A stretch of 64,000 nucleotides of DNA from Tubiluchus corallicola (taxonomy: Eukaryota > Animalia > Priapulida), in the NCBI GenBank assembly GCA_030141605.1, contig JAQGDQ010000339.1:124001-188000 (forward strand). Direction: 5' to 3'. Positions 37,701 to 46,301 of this stretch are shown one piece after another (position 1 is the first letter of the stretch; each line of letters begins with the position of its first letter). The notes under the pieces were generated by a model, which worked only from the letters and a program-made list of their open reading frames with translations, did no database searches and was not told the DNA's origin. A program made the translations under genes and the position numbers.

Positions 37701-40233
37701 TGAAATAATTTGTCTTGAAATTTTATATTATCTACTTACTGCCTTACTGCACACCGGGCTTGTGTCAGCAGCAATGCTGTATAAAACTTGAAAATTTAAA
37801 CTACCGCGATGACCGATGGGCGCAGCCATTTTGACCGCAGTTCGTTTGAAACAAGTTTAGATAACGTTGCATAAAGTTTGAAAAAATAACCAAAGCATTC
37901 GCAGCACACGCTTCACTAACTAAGTAAAAGTATAAATTTCTGCACCTTATCATAAAATTGAAAATACGATTTTTGGTGAGCCACTGGTGCACACTGGGAA
38001 GGTGAGTCAGTAATGTTTTACCTGTTGGAGTGAACATTTAAAAGAATTTTCCTTTCTACATGTAGTTACTTAAGTCTTTCAAGGAGGTAAGCATAATGCA
38101 TAGTAATATAACTTTGTGTGAAGTTTTTTGGGGCATCTTTAAAATTGTCCGTTCTTCCCCTTTAACTATATTCGTTAAACTTTCAGTTGCACTGCTGTGC
38201 CGTTGACTCAGCCACAAACTACACTTGGTGGCGTAACAGTCTCTGGGGGCAGGAGTACCCGGGCAAACGTTCACCGGACAGTTGTTGTATTCGTGGGAGG
38301 GAGGCAGAGTGCAGAAACAACAACAAGCTACCAGCCAATAAATATCTCTTCACAAAGGTAAGAAATTTACACAGTTCTTAGAGTGAGGGAAATTAGAGGA
38401 GTGGTAACGGTGTATCCGTAGCAATTATTATCAAATGACGCCAAAACTGGTCGCTAAATGGTAACTGGATAGGTGACCGGCTGGAAAACTGCCTCTGGAC
38501 TGTTTCATTAGCCATGCTACAGCATCTGAACACAGCTGAAATAATTCTGCCGTTTCACTGTTTCGTTCTAGATTAATCCTTGATACTTGATTGGATAAGT
38601 AGGAATTCATTTACTGAATTGTATGCAAATTATGACTTGGTCATCACAATAGACTTGTTAACTGGTATCGCCATTACAAATGGTATTATTATTATTATTA
38701 ATATTATTATCATTGTTACTATTAATGTTGCTGTTGTTATTATTATTATTTCTATTATTATTGTTGTTGTTGTTGTTATTATCATTATTATTATTAAAAT
38801 ATAAAATTTAAAATGTTTTTATTTTTTAGGGGTGTTACGACCGAGCGTACGAAGTTATGCACGAACATCTTGCAATCATCGGCGGCGTCGGAGTCGCTGT
38901 AGCTGTGCTACTTGTAAGTTTAAAGTAAACTAGATTGGACTAATACAATTAATCAAGATTGTAGATGGCACCACTAGTTGTGTATGCTGAGTAATTAGAG
39001 AATGTAATAAATAATCAGTAGTGTTTTTCGGGAGATAACTCTACGTTGGCCAAAAAATATGTTTATGGTTTTTGCCACTGGAGGGCAACTGTAGGCGAAT
39101 CGGTAGGCATTGAAGCTTTGAAGGTAAGCTTTGAAGAAGTCCACCTTTGTGTTTTGTAAATGTATTTGAGTCCATGCAATTTTTTGGTTTTGATTTTCCA
39201 ATGTAGGAACTGAAAATGTAAATACACATGACAGTCATATATATATTATGATTACTTTATTTCCAATGGAATCAAGCATGGTGGGTACACATATATACCT
39301 GCCCTACTGGAAAAACTGCCCTACTATGATAGCATAGCCGTACACCATTTGTGACATAATTTAACAATGCGCTCATATGTTTATCACAAAGGGGATAAAA
39401 TGTATATTTATAGTGAGCATACTTGCTGTACAGAAGATTTAAAAGAAAGAGTTTGCAACGATGCCAGAATAATATTATGTTTAAACTGTTACTATTAGAG
39501 GCATTAATGATTTCCAAGACAGTGGAGAAAATTGAGTACGATGTGTGAACAGCTTGTTTTGATGAGTGGCTTCGTGTTTGATTTTGTTAAGTTTACAAGT
39601 TTCTTTAGCTATTCATTGTTTTCTGATGTCACACACCCACGACCGCTAAAAGATAGCGACAGAAAAGTGAGAAACTGCAGTTTTTCTTCATATAATTGAT
39701 ATGCATTGTTTACAGGTGACACCAAGTGATTTGTTTACAGGTGATACCAGGTGATTTGTTTACAGGTGTTATTTTGCTTACAGGTGATACCAGGTGATTT
39801 GTTGGCAGACCGATATTGTTTACATGTGACTGTAGGTGACTTGTTTACAGGTGTTATTTTCTTTACATGTGCTATCAGATGATTTGTTGACAGATCTGAA
39901 GTTGTTTACAGGTGTTATTTTGCTTACAGGTGATACCAGGTGATTTGTTGACAGATCTGATCTTGTTTACAGGTGATACCAGGTGATTTGTTTACAGGTG
40001 TTATTTTGCTTACACGTGATGCCAGATGATTTGTTGACAGATCTGGTGTTGATACAGGTGATACCAGGTGATTTGTTTACAGGTGTTATTTTGCTTACAG
40101 GTGATGCCAGGTGATTTGTTGACAGACCGATATTGTTTACATGTGATTGTAGGTGACTTGTTTACAGGTGTTATTTTGTTTACAGGTGATCGGAATGATA
40201 TTTGCCATCTGCTTAGTGAGACAGATCGACTAG
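16732..40233 (+). CDS. Tetraspanin, CD151/TSPAN11-like, 250 aa; coding exons 16732-16809, 18442-18505, 32167-32294, 34682-34756, 36997-37101, 38187-38357, 38830-38913, 40186-40233
   Basis: All junctions are GT-AG with consistent phases (753 nt total). Protein: MGGGAKLNSYGECMKYTMFVFNVVSL-LVGIGLVAVGVWTVVDKYYVE-RLTGLTLWVTGAYILIAGGCVVVILSLFACLGAIREIKSLLVT-YFVLLLLIFMAILCGGVFAWIYRGT-LDLELRSKFRQTMMNDYGQEYKQKTTDAWDYMQRT-LHCCAVDS...SPDSCC...YLFTK-GCYDRAYEVMHEHLAIIGGVGVAVAVLL-VIGMIFAICLVRQID. Four TM helices and a 6-Cys EC2 loop. Confidence 0.9.
17655..18015 (+). repeat. Dispersed repeat of about 350 bp, second copy at about 31754-32095
   Basis: Shared strings such as AGTTCAGTAACTTCAGTTGTTTTAC, GGAACAAGAAAAAAT-AACTAGGTAAGG and TTGTCAAGTGTACACAAATGC occur in the same order and orientation. 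Confidence 0.85.
18649..19278. mobile_element. MITE with imperfect TIRs of about 40 bp
   Basis: Left end TGTGTGCTTGCACAGCAAAATCGTCCATAAGTCGGCA; reverse complement of right end TGTGAGCTTGCATACCAAAATCGTTCCCCATCGGCA. Second copy at 5568-6095. Confidence 0.75.
19838..23531 (-). CDS. SLC16 / monocarboxylate transporter (MFS), copy A, 568 aa; exons 23531-23324, 23002-22859, 22404-21361, 20148-19838
   Basis: MCT signature PPEGGWGWVIV, loop motif QWFDKRVSIALGITQAG and YNYQGALLICGGITMNLIVCASLYRPL. Three GT-AG phase-1 introns give an open 1707-nt CDS. Confidence 0.93.
20549..20949. repeat. Tandem repeat, 110-bp unit, about 3.6 copies, in intron 3 of MCT copy A
   Basis: GACTCGTTGTTTTT recurs at 20549, 20659, 20769 and 20879. 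A hAT-like terminus CAGTGGTTCTTAACCTGGGG lies at 20370. Confidence 0.92.
24975..25290 (+). mobile_element. LINE apurinic-endonuclease N-terminal fragment (L2/Crack-like)
   Basis: Translates to FSLFRHNCRSLQRNYDDIIDFLQLENRNFSVLAFTETWLKP, the N-x-RS-L...ETWL start of LINE APE domains. Confidence 0.7.
25877..29699 (-). CDS. SLC16 / monocarboxylate transporter (MFS), copy B, 567 aa; exons 29699-29492, 29172-29029, 28636-27593, 26184-25877
   Basis: Paralog of copy A with exons of 208/144/1044/308 nt, canonical donors GTAAGT, GTAAGT and GTGAGT, and an open 1704-nt CDS. Confidence 0.93.
30120..30212 (+). other. tRNA-derived remnant (SINE head or tRNA pseudogene)
   Basis: B-box-like GTTCAAATCC preceded by an anticodon-arm-like TCTGTCTTGCGAGCAGA and followed by a T run. 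No complete cloverleaf. Confidence 0.35.
31200..31730 (-). mobile_element. pogo-family transposase C-terminal remnant
   Basis: Minus strand encodes GFIRAGIYPFYP...PQPSTS...LTSSP, typical of the region after pogo DDE domains. A pogo-like terminus (ACTGAACCTTGTTATAGCGCC) lies at about 30281. Confidence 0.55.
31754..32095 (+). repeat. Dispersed repeat, copy of 17655-18015
   Basis: Direct alignment by eye with 17655-18015. Confidence 0.85.
34011..34584. mobile_element. MITE, possibly PIF/Harbinger-type
   Basis: Imperfect TIRs AGCCAGGGTTTTCACGGG / CCCGTCAAACTGTGGCT with flanks TAA / TTG. Confidence 0.45.
35562..36184. mobile_element. Tigger/pogo-type MITE
   Basis: TIRs CAGTGTTCCCTCGCTACTTCGCGG / CCGCGATAAGTGGGGGAACACTG; TA on the right, CA on the left. 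Confidence 0.85.
36354..36970 (+). mobile_element. Kolobok-like MITE (AGG...CCT termini, TTAA site); family copies at 60406-61019 and 61056-61635
   Basis: TTAG-AGGAAAGCCAGA...TCCTGATTCCT-TTAA, colinear with the two copies near 60-61 kb. Confidence 0.75.
37700..38161. mobile_element. Dispersed non-autonomous DNA-transposon family; other copies at about 46380-46880 (inverted), 47330-47670 and 17100-17275
   Basis: Shared strings TATAAAACTTG-AAATTTAAACT, CACTAACTAAGTAAAA and GTGCAC-CTGGGAAGGTGAGTCA; ends CCCCT-TTAA. Confidence 0.7.
38684..38796. repeat. Degenerate (ATT/GTT)n microsatellite
   Basis: Directly visible; it explains the poly-Ile/Val ORF 38580-38804. Confidence 0.9.
39706..40190 (+). 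repeat. Minisatellite made of iterated 3' splice-site sequence (TTGTTTACAG|GTG), ending at the last tetraspanin exon
   Basis: 14 occurrences of TACAGGTG from 39711 to 40181, in alternating subunits of about 18 and 25 bp. Confidence 0.92.
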
Positions 40234-40632
40234 TTCCACATTTGAATGTCGACTTGTGGAAGCATTTTGAACTCAAACATTTACTAGTCATATTTCTGTA
40301 TACTCAGCAAAGAAGTGGATGCGTCGCCACCAAATTTGGGAAGTGGAATTTACGTGGTGGAAAACGTGGAACGTACCGGCTTGCCATTATACGTCGTCCA
40401 TATAGTCAGCATAATGGAAATTTTACATTTAAAACTTTTTTTAAAATCTGAACAGCATTATTTTTACTATAGCATATATTTCTTATCATGTATTTGAAGA
40501 TTTACCCAGCATATTTACAGTATTATATGATGGTTGTTAAATCATGGTTGTTGTAATTATGTCTATGAAAAATTGATTGAAATTTTGGGCATTTTTTAAA
40601 TTTAGTTACGCGTTGCTTAATTGCTCAAATTA

Positions 40633-41157
40633 CAGTAAGCTACGTATAACTCAAACACCTCGGCACTGGAAAATTTGTTCAAGTTATGCGGAAGTTCGAG
40701 TTAGTAAGAAAACAAGATTGATGTATTGTCATCAATGTCGGACAATACAGTAGTAACACCATAGCCTACGAAAATGACAAACTGAACCTTTAATTTAATA
40801 TCAAACAACAGTTTTTATGAATAATCAATTTAATAATCAAAAACAAAATGACTGCTCCACCTCTACTGTAGTCTGAATAGTATGGTAGTAGCATTCGGCA
40901 ATAATAATATTGTCTGCATTAAACCACGTTCGTTAAGCGATGTTGTATGCAATGTTTTGACTTCTCGCTTGGATGGCTGCTCAGGATAGGTGGGGTAATT
41001 TCATTCAGATTCTTAAGAATTGTACCGGGAATTTGGTTCGAGTTACGCAATAATTGGTGTTACAGATGTCGAGTTGCACAATGTTTGTTAAAGGAAAAAT
41101 CTGTTCCACGAGATCTATTCGAAATGCGCAAGAATTCGAGCTATACGTAGTTTACTG
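40633..41157. mobile_element. Tc1/mariner-pogo-type MITE
   Basis: TIRs CAGTAAGCTACGTATAACTC / GAGCTATACGTAGTTTACTG with TA on both sides. Confidence 0.88.
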
Positions 41158-41379
41158 TATTTGCTTTTTCAATATCTATACATCTGCAAGGCAGTGTTTG
41201 CAAATCTCATTTTAAGCATAATTATTATTCGGTTGTGACTTTCTTTAATTTTATTGGCTTGTGTATATGTGAATTATAATAGCAGGTAAAAGTTTAGTGT
41301 TGTGCACAATATACTCCAAATGTCTGACCATTTGGTTTGCAGTTGTATCCACTCATGCCATGTGGAGCGATTAGTTGTT

Positions 41380-42241
41380 AGTAGAATTCTATTGTCCATT
41401 GTTGTTCATACAATATCATATGATTGTCATAATTCTATTGTCCATTGTTGTACATACAATATCATACGATTGTCATAATTCCATTGTCCATTGTTGTACA
41501 AACAATATCATACGATTGTCAGAATTCCATTGTCCGTTGCTCTTCGTACGATATCGTACTATTGTCATAATTCCATTGTCCATTGCTTTTCTTACAATAT
41601 CATGCGATTGTCAGAATTCCATTGTCCATTGCTCTTCATATATTGTCATAATTCCATTGTCCATTGCTCTTCGTACAATATCGTACGATTGTCGTAATTT
41701 CATTGTCCATTGTTCTTTATACAATATCCCAGGATTGTCATAATTCCATTTTCCATTGCTGTTCATACAGTATTGTATGATTGTCATAATTCCATTGTCC
41801 ATCGCTGTTCTCACAATATCCTACGATTATCATAATTCCATTGTCCATCGCTCTTCTCACAATATCATGTGATTGTCATAATTCTGTTGTCCATTGTTGT
41901 TCATACAATATCATGCGACTGTCATAATTCCATTGTCCATTGCTGTTCGTACAGTATGATTGTCATAATTCCATTGTCCATTGCTCTTCATACAATATTG
42001 TACGACTGTCATAATTTCATTGTCCATTGCTCTTCGTACAATATTGTACGACTGTCAGAATTCCATTGTCTATTGCTCTTCGCACAATATCATACGACTG
42101 TCAGAATTCCATTGTCTATTGCTCTTCGTGCAATATCGTATGATTGTCATAAATTCATTGTCCATTGCTCTTCGTACAATTGTCATAATTCCATTGTCCA
42201 TTGCTCTTTGTACAATATCATACGATTGTCATAATTCCATT
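41380..42241. repeat. 46-bp minisatellite, about 19 copies, some shortened
   Basis: Consensus CCATTGTCCATTGCTCTTCGTACAATATCATACGATTGTCATAATT; period 46 (41481, 41527). Confidence 0.95.
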
Positions 42242-42694
42242 AGTTCGTTCATGCTTGCTTACGGCATGGTATCAAGCAACTGTTATTAGTCACACTCAGT
42301 ATATTTTACTGAAAGAATTTTATAGCAATTTCAGAAATTGCAACCCACTTTAGACACCAAAAGTAAACTATCGTATATAATAAGCCATTTGTAGTACATG
42401 TATTTAAACTTTGGAACAATGCAAATAGAAATGCTACAGGGAATTATTTCTGTTCTTTGTCGCTGATGTGGTGTGGTGTCACTGAATGTGACTAATTTAC
42501 AGATGCTCGCAATAAAGTTTTGTTATATTTGTATATAGTGTGCCTATACTCATCGATTTTAGCTTGCTAAACTAGTACAGTTTTTATTAGCTGATGGTTA
42601 ATTTTCTTATCACAATTTACATCCGATAACGTTAATGTGATTTATTACGTATACGCGAAATGTGAAGTCTGTGTTGTAAGAAAACTGATAGAAA

Positions 42695-43020
42695 ACTCAT
42701 TTGCATTTTAAGTTGTACAGAGTTTTGGATATAAATCATCAATGTAACAATGTTATTTTGAAGCTATCTTGAATCTCATTTGCATACTAAATTGTGCAGA
42801 CTTTTAGACATAAATACGTGTAAATGTAACATCAACATATCGAAGGCATCTTGAATCTCATTTGCATACTAAATTGTGCATGCTTTTACATATAAATACG
42901 TGTAAATGTAACATTGACATGTCGAAGGTATCTTGAATCTCATTTGCATGCTAAACTGTGCAGATGTTTGGATGTAAGTATAAATGTATTGATGTAAACT
43001 TGATATTTCAAAGGCAGCTT
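42695..43020. repeat. 82-bp tandem repeat, about 4 degenerate copies, each with ATTTGCAT
   Basis: ATCTTGAATCTCATTTGCAT at 42766, 42848 and 42930; CTCATTTGCAT also at 42696. Confidence 0.85.
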
Positions 43021-43277
43021 GTCTCAATTGCGGAATTTGTACCGCTGCTTCTAGGGACCAACGTTCAAGTTACTCGTAACTGGTCTGTTCCTCGCCGTCC
43101 TATTTCAATGTTAGGTGCATGTACATGTATTAACTATTCTATGTTTACATTCCATTATAGCAATTTAGTTTTGAATATTCGTGTAAGAAACTTATATTGT
43201 AAGTATTTCTGATCTAAAAATTATAGTTTATAAACACATAATGACATCCTTGTGCGTGTAATTGCAATTTGTAATAA

Positions 43278-43468
43278 ACATCTTGAATATTCAACAGTTT
43301 TGGTACATAATGAGTTTGCGTTGATAGTGAATTCCTTCAGATGGACATCTTGAATATTCAAGAGCCTTGCTACATAATGAGTTTCGTTCGGATGGACATC
43401 TTGAATGTTCAAGAGCTTTGGTACATAATGAGTTTGTCTTAAAAATTAATTCCTTTGGATGGACATGT
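43278..43468. repeat. Degenerate 50-66 bp tandem repeat, 3 copies
   Basis: ACATCTTGAAT(A/G)TTCAA...TACATAATGAGTTT...GATGG is repeated. Confidence 0.8.
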
Positions 43469-44704
43469 TGTGAGCGAAAAATTTGATATTGATGAAAATA
43501 TGTAATATTAAAGTTGTGGTAATTTGGTAACAATGCAAAACAGATTGTGCAAACTAGATTGTTTTATAAATATCATCATTTATTTACAAGATAATCTGGT
43601 TTAAATAGTACAATTAACACAAAGCCTTTAAATACACTCCCCCTTAAATGAGTATCATAACTAGTTTGCACTTAAGGATGTTTTGATAACGAAGTAGAAC
43701 AATACTGATGCATCTTTTGCCAGCATTTGCTAATTCTGCTTTAGCAGTTTACAGTATTTACAAATCTTTTTCATTAAAACACATTTCTAAAACAGAAAAT
43801 GTGCAAAATATTCTTTCCGCATTTAATGTTTAACAATTTAAGTAGCAGAAAGTACATAATTTGATTTGTTGGTATGTTAAAAATATTGCTATTTTGTTAA
43901 AGTTTTAAATGCAGTGGTAGAGTAAAACTTCATCATAATGCCCCTTTACCAGCCTTGCTTAACCTCCAAATTTTCGGAGAGTGAAATATCTATATTTGCA
44001 TAGACTTGTATGTATTAATGCACCTCGTTACAATGCCAAACTCGATTAATATCAACTTTTTTTTCCAGTCCCAAAGTAGGCGCTATAAAGAGGTCTGACA
44101 GTGTTCGCATACATTATTCAACGGCTTCCGACTAGCAGTACTTCAAAAGTAAGGACAAAATTAGGAAAAAATGCTATAAAAATTGATAAAAATGTGGGAA
44201 AATGGCAGCTGTGTGGATTGTAACAATTCTCTATCTACATCAATCAAGCTTTTTTTACAAAATTTCCACAATTCAGGCACAAAAATTTCGTTGTCCATTG
44301 GATCTTTACCCATGCCAGAAACATCAACGAAATTTTATTGTCTCTGGATATTGTTCATAATCTAACATAACAATATTTACACCAAAAGGCTGAAAAATCA
44401 CTATTGTTGAGTTCATTAACCAAATCACTGCCACTATGGTCATCAAAATGCTATTCTGACAGGCCTGTATGACAAGACTGTACATATAATTTGTTTAATA
44501 TGCAAATTAACTGACAGGTACGCCAGTACTAGCAATGATACATGCATACAGGCGCACTTCGTGAACCAAACAACGGAAAATGAACAGTGGTGCTGTCCCC
44601 TGTTGGCCAAAAAGTTATTTTATTATTATGTAGGTTGCAAAATGCCTATAGCAAAAATGTGCAGAAAAGATTGCCGTTATTTTGAAATGACGTGAAAAAA
44701 TGGT

Positions 44705-44803
44705 TATGGTGGTGGCAGCGGTAGAAATTACGAGGGGTGTCAACAGCAATGGTGGTGGCAGCGGTGGAAATTACGAGGGGTGTCAACAGCTATGGTGGTG
44801 GCA
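44705..44803. repeat. Short tandem duplication (about 43 bp x2) downstream of STX17
   Basis: ATGGTGGTGGCAGCGGT(A/G)GAAATTACGAGGGGTGTCAACAGC occurs twice, plus a partial third copy. Confidence 0.85.
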
Positions 44804-45018
44804 ATGAATTTGAATTTGGTACTTGTGATAGTAAAACTGATGATGATGTAACAAAAGTTGAAATAATCTGTAGTCGGCAGTAACTTATCCTTTTCAAAAA
44901 AATAATTTAGTATTTCCTATGCCCGCTATAATACAAATTGCAAGGGCCAGTGACGAGGTTAATCTACAATATTTCATAAATACACTAATATTTTTTGACT
45001 GTACATTATAAACAACTA

Positions 45019-45963
45019 TTACACATGTTCAGGTTCAGATGAACTCTCTTGACTTGTAGCATTCGGCGATGTCAAATCTCGTGTCTCATTCATGGATTGT
45101 AATTCCATGTCCTTTTCTTCGTTTCTTTTTCCAATAAACTTCCCACTGGTATATCCTGCAATCCCGCCTCCCACAGCTGCAGCTACCCCACCTAGCTTAA
45201 ATCCGGAAAGAAGTCCTATCGGTCCGGCTACGGCGCCCCCCACTAGGCAACAAGTGAACGGTAACATCACAGCCTTGAGCTTTGCGGCTTTGCTAAGATA
45301 CGCCCGACCTTCGGCCACGTTCTCCTGTGCCCTGCACACGTTTTCTTCAATGCTGTCCACAGCCTGCTGCTGAGCGTGAACCGTTGTCGCAAGATCGAGC
45401 ATTATCGTTCTAAGATCTTCCAGATCTCTAGCTAACGATTCCCATGACTTTAGCGCCTGTTTTGACTCTTCAAGCTCAATGCTGGCCAATTCCAGTCTCT
45501 GTATTTTCTCACTATTCACAGCTGAAATTGACGAATGAGAATTATTGTCTAGAAGCTGTAAGTCGCAGTCAGTTTCACGCGAATGACTACGAGCTCGTTT
45601 ACGTGTGCTGATAAATTCCCGAACTGCTGACATCACCTCTTGCTTAACCGGCGCCACACGGCTGTCGAACGCCTCCAGATCTGCCTCTCTCACTCGTTCT
45701 CTAAGCTCGTCCATGTCCATTAGATCGGACTTCAACTGCATCACGACCCTAGAGGCATTGAGTTGCTCGCGGTGGACCGCACCCATTTCTCCTCGCTCGG
45801 TGAACTCGGCTATATTCACCTTGTGTTTCTGCAATATCCGCAGATGAGTCGGAAACGACACTTCCGTGAAATTCCTTAGGCATATTTCTAGCCGTTTTAT
45901 CGGTTCCTTTCTGCAAATTATGGATGACTGTGCGCTGTTAGCCGACATTGTTAGTACTAACAT
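45019..45963 (-). CDS. STX17: Syntaxin-17 (autophagosomal SNARE), single coding exon, 314 aa
   Basis: N-terminus IKRLE...FPTHLRILQKHKVNI...HREQLNASRVVMQLKSDL matches STX17. SNARE helix SWESLARDLEDL...VHAQQQAVDSIEENV. Glycine-rich hairpin TM LVGGAVAGPIGLLSGFKLGGVAAAVGGGIAGYTSGK. Confidence 0.93.
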   Translation of the reverse strand: MLVLTMSANSAQSSIICRKEPIKRLEICLRNFTEVSFPTHLRILQKHKVNIAEFTERGEMGAVHREQLNASRVVMQLKSDLMDMDELRERVREADLEAFDSRVAPVKQEVMSAVREFISTRKRARSHSRETDCDLQLLDNNSHSSISAVNSEKIQRLELASIELEESKQALKSWESLARDLEDLRTIMLDLATTVHAQQQAVDSIEENVCRAQENVAEGRAYLSKAAKLKAVMLPFTCCLVGGAVAGPIGLLSGFKLGGVAAAVGGGIAGYTSGKFIGKRNEEKDMELQSMNETRDLTSPNATSQESSSEPEHV

Positions 45964-46064
45964 CAGTTAGCTACAAATACATCCAAAATAGTTTCGTAAA
46001 AGCAATTTAGGAACAATCATAGAAAATTATCAGTTAAAACAATCACACAGTGGCACAGCAAAAC

Positions 46065-46301
46065 TCATTTTTCAGCCGTGTCACTATCAGCCTGTTTTAG
46101 TGTGGCACTTTCTTTGCGAAGTTCCCGAATCACGACGGCCAACACCTCCGGGTTGATGCCTTCATTGCAAAGCTCAACACATACGACTAAACTTTCCTTA
46201 TCCAGTCCTGTATTCAGCAAATTCGATATTTCATATAAAATGTCCAGCGTATCTCTTGCGGAAGCCGTAAGACTGTCTGCACTGTCGCCTGCCATCTTCA
46301 T
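46065..46301 (-). CDS. MZT1: Mitotic-spindle organizing protein 1 (MOZART1), single coding exon, 76-78 aa
   Basis: ARDTLDILYEISNLLNTGLDKESLVVCVELCNEGINPEVLAVVIRELRKES is the MOZART1 family signature. Confidence 0.95.
   Translation of the reverse strand: MKMAGDSADSLTASARDTLDILYEISNLLNTGLDKESLVVCVELCNEGINPEVLAVVIRELRKESATLKQADSDTAEK

Noticed and set aside
41380-42241. Regular repeats resembling a CRISPR array, with Cys/His-rich ORFs
   Set aside because: Contiguous tandem units with no unique spacers, no cas genes and a eukaryotic context; the ORFs are by-products of the repeat.
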